Source of the DNA: Raphidiopsis brookii D9
Lineage (GTDB): Bacteria > Cyanobacteriota > Cyanobacteriia > Cyanobacteriales > Nostocaceae
Assembly: GCA_000175855.1 (NCBI GenBank)
Contig: ACYB01000042.1
Span: 1 to 32,000 of the forward strand
Direction of reading: 5' to 3'
Length of the DNA: 32,000 bases
The notes beneath the pieces were generated by a model. The model made no database searches and had not been told where the DNA came from. It was given only the letters and a program-made list of their open reading frames with translations. Shown piece by piece: positions 1 to 8,821 of the stretch. The translations under genes and the position numbers were made by a program. Each line of letters opens with the position of its first letter. Within the stretch, counting starts at the first letter, position 1.

Positions 1-2
1 TA

Positions 3-1019
3 CAGCACTTTGTCTAACAGTTTGGTACAATAGTTGAGAAGATAAAGGTAAAAAATAAGATGAAACCCTACTCAATAGATCTGCGGGAAAAAATTATTAG
101 CGTTTACGAAGCGGGAAATACATCTATTCGGAAAGTCGCAGAAAGATTCAAGGTAAGTAAGAATACAGTACAAAACCTGGTGAAGCGAAAACGAGAAAAA
201 GGGACACTAGAGCCAAGTGTAGCGACTGGAGGAAAACCGAGCCAACTATCTGGGTATGAACAACAGATAGAGGAAATGGTAGCAGAGCATCTAGACTATA
301 CCCTAGCCGAGTACTGTGAGTATTGGGAAGAAAAGACAGGGGTAAGGCTAAGTGAGAGTGCAATGTGCAGATTTCTTCAAAAACAGAAGCTCACTCTCAA
401 AAAAAAACAGTACGAAGCAGTCAAGCAGGGACAGAAATTACACAAAAAAAAAGGTTAGATTACTGGGAAAGCATCCGAGATGTTCTTGCAGATGACCTAG
501 TTTTTGTGGATGAAATGGGAGTATTACTAGGATTAATGAGGGGAATGGGCAGAAGTAAAAAGGGAGATAGAGTCTACGATGTCAAACCTTTTTACCGTGG
601 AAGCCGAGTTACCGTAGTGGGGGCTATTAGCAATAAGTCAATCTTGGCACTCAAGACATTAGGGCAATCAATGAATGGAGAAGACTTCAAAAAATTTGTG
701 GAGGAAGAGCTATTACCAAAATTGTGGAAAGGGGCAGTAGTGGTAATGGATAATCTCAAAGCACATAAAATGAAGGGGATTATTGAAATGATAGAGTCCG
801 TAGGCGCAAGGGTAGTTTATTTATCACCGTATTCACCTGAATTTAATCCCATAGAACATCTCTGGTGGCAACTAAAAGCATTCATCAGGAAGTTTTCACC
901 GAAAAATAGTTTGACAGTAGTCCAACTGTTGTCAGTAGGGGTCCTCTTATGCTCCAGCCAACAACTCCAAAATTATTTTTCTCACTGCTGCTACTGTACC
1001 AGTTAGTCGCGCAAAGTGC
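3..1019 (+). mobile_element. Complete IS630-family insertion sequence flanked by a TA duplication (1-2 and 1020-1021)
   Basis: Left end tacagcactttgtctaacagtttggtacaatagttg; reverse complement of the right end is tacagcactttgcgcgactaactggtacagtagc. These are imperfect inverted repeats enclosing the transposase ORFs, with TA at both outer edges as expected for IS630/Tc1 elements. Confidence 0.85.
60..1006 (+). CDS. IS630-family transposase in two overlapping frames (60..458 HTH part, 365..1006 DDE part)
   Basis: First ORF has a helix-turn-helix N-terminus (YSIDLREKIISVYEAGNTSIRKVAERFKVSKNTVQNLVKR). Second ORF carries VFVDEMG, VVVMDNLKAHK and YLSPYSPEFNPIEHLWWQLK. The frames join at an A9 run near 444-452. 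Confidence 0.85.
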
Positions 1020-1363
1020 TGTATTCTTTAAGAACTTTGGCCTATACCAGAAAAGTTTCCCGTCTAATGTTCCAGCGCTTGGGTGCTGAGGACTATACTC
1101 ACTATGACCCCAAGGATCCCGGGTATTTTGAGTTTGAAGGATCTGGTTACGTTTATAAGGGTGGAAACCACTTCTCCGGTACTCACATTATGGGAACTAC
1201 CCCCAAAAACTCAGTGGTGGATCAAAATCTAAAGTGTTGGGATCATCCTAATCTCTATTTAGTCGGCTCTGGTAGTATGCCTACAATTGGCACATCCAAT
1301 ACCACGGTGACAATTGCTGCACTGACCTTTAAAGCTGTTGAGCAAATGCTCAAAGAGTTATAA
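1020..1363 (+). pseudogene. C-terminal fragment of a GMC-family oxidoreductase truncated by the IS630 element
   Basis: Contains HFSGTHIMGTTPKNSVVDQNLKCWDHPNLYLVGSGSMPTIGTSNTTVTIAALTFKAVEQM, the typical GMC_oxred_C ending. The ORF-track Met at 1016 lies inside the IS end. Confidence 0.85.
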
Positions 1364-1463
1364 GTCTGGCAGTTTTTTGAGGGAATTTTGAGAGGCTTTT
1401 ATTTATTTAGTCCTCCTTTCAGAATCGAGAACAGATTATTACTGAGAAAATACTGAGAAAAAT

Positions 1464-2594
1464 ATGCCCACACAAACCGGTTATACATTGATTAAGACAG
1501 TAGAGAACCTGCACTTTTATCTCAAGCAGGCACTTAGACTGGAACATGCCACAATCCCCCCCTATCTGACGGCTTTGTATTCTATCAAACCTGGCAAAAA
1601 TGTGGACGCTTTTCATATTATTCGACAGGTAGCCGTAGAAGAAATGCTGCATCTGACCTTGGTGTCCAATGTGTTGAATGCAGTGGGAGGAAGTCTTAAA
1701 GGTACTCTAACACACCCAGATTTTATCCCCAACTACCCAACTCCGATTCCCACTGGAGCAAGTGACTTCGAAGTGGATTTAATAAAGTTCTCTCCTCAGG
1801 CGATCGCCACCTTCATGAAGATCGAGCGCGCAGAAGAGGTAGAACCGGATAAACCCCTAGTAGTAGCTCGAGAAACACAAGAGAAACAGAACTTCCTCAC
1901 TCTTCATGAAGGCCATCCTTCCAATACTTTTTATAGCATTGGACTGTTTTATGCAGAAATTATTCGTGGTTTGAATGCTTTGCATAAGGAAATGGGTAAC
2001 AAATTGTTCTGTGGAGATCCTAATTTACAGATTACCCCTGAATACTATTACAACGGTGGTGGGGATATAATTGAAGTCACAGATTTACGTTCAGCTATCC
2101 GCGCCATCAGAATTATTCAGGAACAAGGGGAAGGTTCCAGAATTGGGGCTATCTATGATGCAGAAAGAGAAATGGCCCACTTCTATCGTTTTGAGCAGCT
2201 CACACAGAGTAAGTTTTATACCATTAACCACGATGATCCTTTAGAATCTGACTCACCCCATCAACCATCTGGGCAGTCTTTGAAAGTCAACTGGGATGAG
2301 GTGTATCCAATCAAAACCAACGCTACACTAGCTGACTATCCGGAAGGGGAACTACATCAAGCAGCAGTGGCATTCCAAAAAGAATACAGCAAGTTTTTGG
2401 CAGAAATTGAAGCCTCTTTTACGGGGAACCGTGAGAAGCTAATTCCAGCAGTAGGGGCCATGTTCCGCCTTAAAGAACTTGCTGCCCAATTAATTCGTAA
2501 TCCGATCCCTGGAAATGCTGAAGGACTGCATGGGGCTCCTATATTCCGAGTCACACCCAATATTCAAGATCCGCAAAAACGCTATCCCTGGTAA
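1464..2594 (+). CDS. Ferritin-like domain protein (VioB / iminophenyl-pyruvate dimer synthase-like)
   Basis: ENLHFYLKQALRLEHATIPPYLTALYSI ... IIRQVAVEEMLHLTLVSNVLNAVGG; conserved E/H metal-binding pattern of this family. Confidence 0.75.
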   Translation: MPTQTGYTLIKTVENLHFYLKQALRLEHATIPPYLTALYSIKPGKNVDAFHIIRQVAVEEMLHLTLVSNVLNAVGGSLKGTLTHPDFIPNYPTPIPTGASDFEVDLIKFSPQAIATFMKIERAEEVEPDKPLVVARETQEKQNFLTLHEGHPSNTFYSIGLFYAEIIRGLNALHKEMGNKLFCGDPNLQITPEYYYNGGGDIIEVTDLRSAIRAIRIIQEQGEGSRIGAIYDAEREMAHFYRFEQLTQSKFYTINHDDPLESDSPHQPSGQSLKVNWDEVYPIKTNATLADYPEGELHQAAVAFQKEYSKFLAEIEASFTGNREKLIPAVGAMFRLKELAAQLIRNPIPGNAEGLHGAPIFRVTPNIQDPQKRYPW

Positions 2595-2680
2595 GCTGTC
2601 GTGCACTCAGTATACGGAGTAATCCAGTTGGAAAGTAAATTTGACCGATGTGACGATGTTCTTGTAGAGGTAAATAACAG

Positions 2681-3145
2681 ATGGGCAATCAAAAACCCGA
2701 ATTGGTAGGGTATTTTCTGGATTTATCAGTGGTTTTAACTGGGTTTTCTCGATTTCATCTTCAGGGAACCGGACAAACCAGTCTTTACTTTGATACAGTA
2801 AGTAGTGTAGTAGGAGAAGGACTTTTTGAGGAGTTATTAACCACCTTTCACAACCTTGAGAATCAAAGTCAAGGATTGCGGTTGAATATATTAGGGTCAG
2901 AAAAATTGGGACCAATTGCCCGCAATATCATTAAGCTCTGGTATTTATCTACATGGTATCAATTACCTCAAGAGTGGCGAGATGTTTATGGTACAATCCC
3001 CAATGATAAAACCTTCATTCCTGCATCTGCTGCTTATCCTGAAGGATTACTGTGGCCAGCTGTTGGTGTGAACCCCAAAGGGGCTAAAGGTCAAGGATAT
3101 GGTACTTGGAGTGAACCTCCCCTAGTAACTCTGGATCAGAAATAA
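2681..3145 (+). CDS. Possible small subunit of a membrane-type sugar/alcohol dehydrogenase
   Basis: FLDLSVVLTGFSRFHLQGTGQTSLYFDTV resembles fructose/sorbitol dehydrogenase small subunits; lies close to the GMC gene. Confidence 0.5.
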   Translation: MGNQKPELVGYFLDLSVVLTGFSRFHLQGTGQTSLYFDTVSSVVGEGLFEELLTTFHNLENQSQGLRLNILGSEKLGPIARNIIKLWYLSTWYQLPQEWRDVYGTIPNDKTFIPASAAYPEGLLWPAVGVNPKGAKGQGYGTWSEPPLVTLDQK

Positions 3146-3205
3146 CCATAGTGTTGATCTTTTCCTAACCGCACTTCATCCAATAAGTATTCTCCCAAAA
3201 CAAAA

Positions 3206-3874
3206 ATGAACATTGTATCTTGCTTGCGTAAAGTTTCCGCAATTGCTCTGGCAGTAATTCTTAGTTTGACAGTCTTCAGCTTGCCAGCTCGGGCTTTTGT
3301 TTGCAAAGACTATAGTAAGTTACTGGAAACAAATGCCTGTGTTGGTTGTGATTTATCAAACCTAAATTTGGAAGGAAAGGATTTGTATGGCAGCGCACTA
3401 AGTAATGCTAATCTCTCTAACACTAACCTTTCTAAGGCTCTGATGAATGATGCCAAGCTAGATGGGGCAAATTTGACGGGTGCCAATTTATCCGATGGCA
3501 ATTTGACTGGGATAGTTTTATCAGGGGCCAACCTAACAGGTGCTAACCTCTTCCATGCGGAATTGTATAACGCCTTGCTAGATAAAGCGAACTTGTTCCG
3601 GGCAAATTTAAGTAGTTCTGATTTGAATTCAGCCATTATCTCGGATGCAAATTTAACCGAAGCTGTAGTCAAATCTGCAAACTTAGAAAAAGTTAACCTC
3701 TCGCGTTCTAACCTATCAGGCACAGATTTTTCTGAAAGTAAGATGCGAAGAGCAAAATTATCAAAGGCAATTCTTCAGGGAGCTAAATTTACTAAAGCTG
3801 ACCTATTTGAGTCCCTAATGCCTGATAGTACCACCTATAATGGCGATCTGTCTAAATTTGGCGCATTGAAATAA
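3206..3874 (+). CDS. Exported pentapeptide-repeat protein
   Basis: Signal peptide, then repeated A(N/D)Lxx units (LSNANLSNTNLSKALMNDAKLDGANLTGANLSDGNL). Confidence 0.9.
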   Translation: MNIVSCLRKVSAIALAVILSLTVFSLPARAFVCKDYSKLLETNACVGCDLSNLNLEGKDLYGSALSNANLSNTNLSKALMNDAKLDGANLTGANLSDGNLTGIVLSGANLTGANLFHAELYNALLDKANLFRANLSSSDLNSAIISDANLTEAVVKSANLEKVNLSRSNLSGTDFSESKMRRAKLSKAILQGAKFTKADLFESLMPDSTTYNGDLSKFGALK

Positions 3875-4005
3875 AACCACTAAAACTAACACCGCAGAGT
3901 TTTTGTGTGTTCTAAATTTGCACACTCCGTTAGCGTTGGGCATAACTAGAATACATTTTTACAAGCGGTATTCAATGATTACTTAATGAAAATCACACAA
4001 GAACC

Positions 4006-5106
4006 ATGTTGTCAAAAATTAGCAGGATGTTTCGTTTATCAGTAGTTTTAGCTACTTTACTGTTAGTTGGCCTTACTAGCTTGCCACTAACGGTGATGGC
4101 TGCTACTAATGACTCCAACTCGGTTTTAGTATCTCTGGTTTCTTCCACAACCAAACCCCTGTTGGATCCCACCTTTGATAGTGCAAAAGTGAAGTTAGGT
4201 ATTACACCAACAGGATGGAGCAACAGTGATGATTTAACTATTGATCTCAATCCCCCTATTCCATTCCAACAAATCCTTAGCGAAATTGCACTGTCGGGTT
4301 ATAAGGGGACACAAAATGCACCTAAATTTCCTAAAGCACTTGGGGATTTACAAAGGGAGTTAAATATCAGAGGACTGAGAATTTCTGAGCCTTGGGTAGG
4401 AACCGAATTTACCATAGGCAAAGCTAAAGAGACTTTTGATGAGTTAGAGAAACAAATAGCCTTCATGAAAGCGATGGGAGGCAACACTATAGTTGTGGCT
4501 GAATTAGGTGGTGCTGTTCATCAGAAAAAAGTTCTAGACAAGAACGGTGTCAATATAGGTGTGGATCCATTAAAAGAGAGACCTCGTTTTAATGATCAAC
4601 AATGGTCTGATTTATTAAGTGGTTTGAATCAAATGGGTAAAAGGGCCAAAGAGGAAGGTATGCAGTTAATGTATCATCCTCATATTGGTACTGGGGTAGA
4701 AAACTCTCAGGATATTTGCCGTTTGATGTCGGGCACTAACCCTGAATATGTAAACTTGCTGCTGGATACTGGTCACTTGTACTATGCAGGAGTTGACCCT
4801 CTAACCGTAGCAAAACAACATGCCAATCGAATTAAGCACGTGCACTTGAAAAATATCCGCCAGTCGGTATTAAATGATTCTAAGAATACTGGTCGGAGCT
4901 TTTTAAATTCCATTCGTGCAGGAATATTTACTGTTCCTGGAGATCCCAATGGTGCTATTGATTTTCAGCCTATTTTACAAGAACTTGCCAAGGTTAACTA
5001 CCAAGGATGGTTAATGGTAGAAGCTGAGCAGGATCCTAACAAAGCTGAACCATTACAATACGCTCTTATGGCTCGTCAATACCTGCAAAAACTAATAGGT
5101 TTTTAG
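4006..5106 (+). CDS. Exported sugar phosphate isomerase/epimerase-like (xylose isomerase-like TIM barrel) protein
   Basis: N-terminal signal peptide; LMYHPHIGTGVEN, VNLLLDTGHLYYAGVDPL, RIKHVHLKNIR, GWLMVEAEQDP motifs. Confidence 0.75.
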   Translation: MLSKISRMFRLSVVLATLLLVGLTSLPLTVMAATNDSNSVLVSLVSSTTKPLLDPTFDSAKVKLGITPTGWSNSDDLTIDLNPPIPFQQILSEIALSGYKGTQNAPKFPKALGDLQRELNIRGLRISEPWVGTEFTIGKAKETFDELEKQIAFMKAMGGNTIVVAELGGAVHQKKVLDKNGVNIGVDPLKERPRFNDQQWSDLLSGLNQMGKRAKEEGMQLMYHPHIGTGVENSQDICRLMSGTNPEYVNLLLDTGHLYYAGVDPLTVAKQHANRIKHVHLKNIRQSVLNDSKNTGRSFLNSIRAGIFTVPGDPNGAIDFQPILQELAKVNYQGWLMVEAEQDPNKAEPLQYALMARQYLQKLIGF

Positions 5107-5195
5107 TTTTTTTAGGTTATTTAACAAGTTTTTGAGTGGGGAGTAGGAATTAATCCATTTCTACTCCCGGATAAATAGGAATCAGGAATAGAATT

Positions 5196-5594
5196 ATGCA
5201 AGTTCAGAATTTGAGTGATGTAGAAGAAATTAGGAAAGTGTTCGAGAGGGATTATGCAGATGCCATGAGACTGCGCAATCCTGAGGTTTATGGTCAAATG
5301 TATACCCAGGATGCTGTTTGGATGCCACCCAACGATACTAATCGTAGCGGGGTTGCTAATATTAAGATTGGATTTACTAACCAAATTGCTGATAAATATA
5401 TAGATCCCAAATTCACCGCCGAAGAAATCAAAATTATCGGTGATTTAGGATATGTAATTGGCTTTTCTATTGCTCAAGTTACCCCCGTAGCTGGTGGTGC
5501 AACTAAAACTGTTCGTTTTCATGCATTATGGATCATGAAAAAGGAAAATGGAAAGTGGAAAATTGATCGCCAAATTTGGAATAACAAACAGTAA
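5196..5594 (+). CDS. SnoaL/NTF2-like (DUF4440-type) small protein
   Basis: VRKVFERDYADAMRLRNPEVYGQMYTQDAVWMPPN ... VRFHALWIMKKENGKWKIDRQIWN. Confidence 0.7.
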   Translation: MQVQNLSDVEEIRKVFERDYADAMRLRNPEVYGQMYTQDAVWMPPNDTNRSGVANIKIGFTNQIADKYIDPKFTAEEIKIIGDLGYVIGFSIAQVTPVAGGATKTVRFHALWIMKKENGKWKIDRQIWNNKQ

Positions 5595-5611
5595 TCTCAA
5601 TCTAATATCTT

Positions 5612-5646
5612 AGATCCTGGGATCTCAGATCCCAAAAGGTTTTTTC
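5612..5646 (+). terminator. Putative rho-independent terminator
   Basis: Inverted repeat tgggatct c agatccca followed shortly by a T-run (tttttt). Confidence 0.4.
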
Positions 5647-5693
5647 AGAATCCTTCCCAAGCAAACTCAATCTCAATTTTTTCGGGTAGATAT

Positions 5694-6731
5694 ATGAGTA
5701 CCAAAGAAATTTACTTTAGTTTTTTCATGTTCACTAGTAACGTGAAACCCCATGATCAGCAATATCGTCAGGTTATTGTCCGACATATTAAAGAGCTGGC
5801 AAGTTATGGTTACACAGGATTTGAGTTTCCTATTGCTCCACCACAAACAGAAACGGAACACGTACCAGCCAAATACGCAGAAGATTTAGTTAACTATACC
5901 AACCTGCGCCGTCATTTGGATGAACAAGGATTAGGTCATATTAAAATCAGCACTAATGTTGGAGTCACTAACACAGCAGATCCCAGTTCATCAAACCCAG
6001 ACACCCGAGCAAAAGCATTAGAATACTTGAAGTCACGAGTTGACATCACCAAGGCCTTGGGTGGTGAAATCATGATGGGTCCAATTATTGTTCCCTACGC
6101 TGCTTTTCCCGAAAAACCATCTAATGAAAGTGGCAAGAGTGAGAATAAAAAAGAGTATTTTTGGAGTGATGAACTACAGCAACATCTAAAAATTCGCTAT
6201 GACAACGCCCGACCCGTCCTGAATGAGTTAGGTAAGTACGCGGAAACGAAGAAAGTTAAATTAGCCATTGAACCAATTACCCACTGGGAAACACCAGCAC
6301 CGAATAAACTATCTCAATTAATTCAGTTTTTGGGAGGAGTACAAAGTAAACAGGTAGGAGTAGTTATAGATAGTGCCCATGAAATTTTAGATGGAGATGG
6401 ACCAGAAATCTTTAAAACTCAAGTAGAACACCTCGCCCGTGAGGGAAGACTCCATTATATCCAAATATCCCCTCCAGATAGAGGTGCTGTCCACTCTGGT
6501 TGGATACCCTGGCAGTCATTTTTGGAACCAATTTTACCAGTCTATAAAGGACCTTTTTCTATTGAGGTTTTTAATGCTCTTCCTGAATTCCAGGAGTTAT
6601 TCCGACTGACTAGACGTAAGTTTTGGATCCCCGGTGAGGACAGTGCCAATGATTACCCAAGCGCCTATCAAATTGCAAAACTGGCTATTGAGATTACCCA
6701 AAAACAATTGAGTAAAGTTCAATCTAAGTAA
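5694..6731 (+). CDS. Sugar phosphate isomerase/epimerase-like TIM-barrel protein
   Basis: GYTGFEFPIAP, KLAIEPITHWET, VGVVIDSAHEILDG, LHYIQISPPDRGAVHSGWIPW, PFSIEVFNA. Confidence 0.75.
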   Translation: MSTKEIYFSFFMFTSNVKPHDQQYRQVIVRHIKELASYGYTGFEFPIAPPQTETEHVPAKYAEDLVNYTNLRRHLDEQGLGHIKISTNVGVTNTADPSSSNPDTRAKALEYLKSRVDITKALGGEIMMGPIIVPYAAFPEKPSNESGKSENKKEYFWSDELQQHLKIRYDNARPVLNELGKYAETKKVKLAIEPITHWETPAPNKLSQLIQFLGGVQSKQVGVVIDSAHEILDGDGPEIFKTQVEHLAREGRLHYIQISPPDRGAVHSGWIPWQSFLEPILPVYKGPFSIEVFNALPEFQELFRLTRRKFWIPGEDSANDYPSAYQIAKLAIEITQKQLSKVQSK

Positions 6732-6781
6732 TTATGATCTCTCAAAATCATGATGTCTAAAAACAATGGTGTCTAAAAACA

Positions 6782-8668
6782 ATGGTGTCTAAAAATAAGA
6801 AATCTGTCAATATTATCTCGACTTTTCTGACTTTTCTTCTAGCTATAGCTATCACCTTGTGTGGATTTGGAGAAACAATAGCATTAGCAGCGTGTGGACC
6901 AGAAAAAGAAATGGGCGCATGGGAGACCATACCTCTTCCACCACCATCCAATCGAATGCAGTCCGTTCACACTATCCTTCTCCCTAATGGCAAAGTGCTA
7001 ACTTTGAATGGAAGTAGCTTTCGTACTACTCTCACCAAAGATGAAAATGGTAACAACAAATTTATAGAAGGGGTAGATGTCACAGATGATAAGATAGTTG
7101 ACAATACTGGTTTGCTGGATCCGGTTAGCGGACAATTCAAACGCACTTCCACGCCACCTGCTATGCAATTTGGCGAAAGTAATGATTTATTTTGCTCAGG
7201 TCATGTACAATTAGCCAATGGTAATGTTCTATTTATTGGTGGTACTGGAAGGTATTATCCAGGGGGAGCATTTACAGGTTCCAGACAGGTGAATATTTAT
7301 GACTGGAAAACCGATACTTGGTCTGCTGTAGGGCAATTAAAACAAGGCAGATGGTATCCTAGTTTAATTCCCCTAGCAGATGGCAAGGTAGTAATTTTTT
7401 CTGGTCTGAAATTAGATGCTCCTAACCAGATTAATCCTAGTTTGGAAATCTACGATCCCAGTACCGGGAAAATCTCCTATGTGGATCTGACAAAAATCAA
7501 AAACAGTCCCTTCAATACCAAACTCAAAGATGTTAATAGCTACGATAGCATAGATCTTTATCCTAGAGTATTCCCCACCGCTGATGGTAGATTATTAATT
7601 ACTGGAGATGATGGTGGTATTGGTGGAGTTTTAGTCTCCCAGTCCAGCAAAAAAAAACCTAATTTAATGTCCATCAAAGACAATGGGGATAACAACTTCT
7701 CAGTTAGTTTTGAAGTAGGACCGGAAAAAGGCGAAACATCTAAAGCTTATGGCACTGCTTTACAGGTTCCTAACTCCGAAGATGTTCTACTATTAGGTGG
7801 AATTATTGGTACAAACGATATTAACTTTGGTCGAGGGGGAAAAACAGAAGGATTTCCTGCTGGTTCCAGAGTTGCGGATAGCCTACAACGCTGGGTATCC
7901 CCACAAAAGAGTGGAGAAAAGAATGGTAAATGGGAAATTGTAGATCACTTTCTCGACAAACCCAGAGCCAACCTGGAGGCGGTAATTCTCCCCACTAAGG
8001 AAATTCTAGTAGTTAATGGTGGTGAATATCCAGAGTATAAACCTGTCTATGAACCCTTGTTAATGACTCCTGATGATCAGGTTCCCGGGGGTTATACTAA
8101 GAAAAGTATGAACCCTGCTAAACTGCCTAGATTATATCATAATGGGGCAGTTTTATTACCCGATGCTCGTGTTTTAGTTACTGGTGGTAACGCTAATAGA
8201 GCTTCACTAGAGAAAGATGGAACTGTTCATGTGAATGTGGTGAAAGATCCAACGACATATTATAAGTTTCCTGAACTAAACAAGGAATTTAGTATCGAGG
8301 AGTACTATAAATCTCCCCAAAGTTATTTCTTAGTAGAAGGAGACAGTCAACCCTTCGTTCCCGCAGAAATTTGGCAGGCTGAAATCTTCAGTCCTCCCTA
8401 TTTATTTCAACCTGGGTTACGTCCAGAAATAGTTCAGGTTCCAACAACCCTAAACTATGGTAGAAAGGACGGTATTTTAGTGAAGAATGCTACTGAAAAA
8501 GGCTCTGTTGTCCTGGTGAAATTAGGAGCAGTTACCCATTCCTTTGATTATGGACAAAAGTTAGCGGAACTATCTAATGTGAATGTGCCTAACGTCATGG
8601 GGGATAAATCTTTGATTGTCTTCAAAACTCCCGAAAATGCTAATCTCTACCCCCAGGTTATTACATGA
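6782..8668 (+). CDS. Exported galactose oxidase/glyoxal oxidase-like copper radical oxidase with DUF1929 C-terminal domain
   Basis: Signal peptide; LFCSGHVQLANGNVLFIGGTG, GRWYPSLIPLADGKVVIFSG, RLYHNGAVLLPDARVLVTGG, PPYLFQPGLRPEI, LGAVTHSFDYGQK. Confidence 0.85.
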   Translation: MVSKNKKSVNIISTFLTFLLAIAITLCGFGETIALAACGPEKEMGAWETIPLPPPSNRMQSVHTILLPNGKVLTLNGSSFRTTLTKDENGNNKFIEGVDVTDDKIVDNTGLLDPVSGQFKRTSTPPAMQFGESNDLFCSGHVQLANGNVLFIGGTGRYYPGGAFTGSRQVNIYDWKTDTWSAVGQLKQGRWYPSLIPLADGKVVIFSGLKLDAPNQINPSLEIYDPSTGKISYVDLTKIKNSPFNTKLKDVNSYDSIDLYPRVFPTADGRLLITGDDGGIGGVLVSQSSKKKPNLMSIKDNGDNNFSVSFEVGPEKGETSKAYGTALQVPNSEDVLLLGGIIGTNDINFGRGGKTEGFPAGSRVADSLQRWVSPQKSGEKNGKWEIVDHFLDKPRANLEAVILPTKEILVVNGGEYPEYKPVYEPLLMTPDDQVPGGYTKKSMNPAKLPRLYHNGAVLLPDARVLVTGGNANRASLEKDGTVHVNVVKDPTTYYKFPELNKEFSIEEYYKSPQSYFLVEGDSQPFVPAEIWQAEIFSPPYLFQPGLRPEIVQVPTTLNYGRKDGILVKNATEKGSVVLVKLGAVTHSFDYGQKLAELSNVNVPNVMGDKSLIVFKTPENANLYPQVIT

Positions 8669-8821
8669 TGTTCTATCTGAATAATTTAGGTAAACCTTCC
8701 ATAGCCAAGATGGTCAAACTGGAGAAAACGGGGACTACTCCACAGTAACAACTAAAACATGAGGACACTGTCCTCATAAACAATAAATCAATCAACTGAC
8801 ATCAAAAATCAGCAAAAAATT

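Noticed and set aside
148-363. Antisense ORF within the transposase (and similar antisense ORFs such as 4299..4487, 5121..5384, 6967..7152, 10686..11355, 11984..12744, 24013..24249, 28521..28712)
   Set aside because: They lie opposite well-supported genes, have no recognisable family and no clear start signals.
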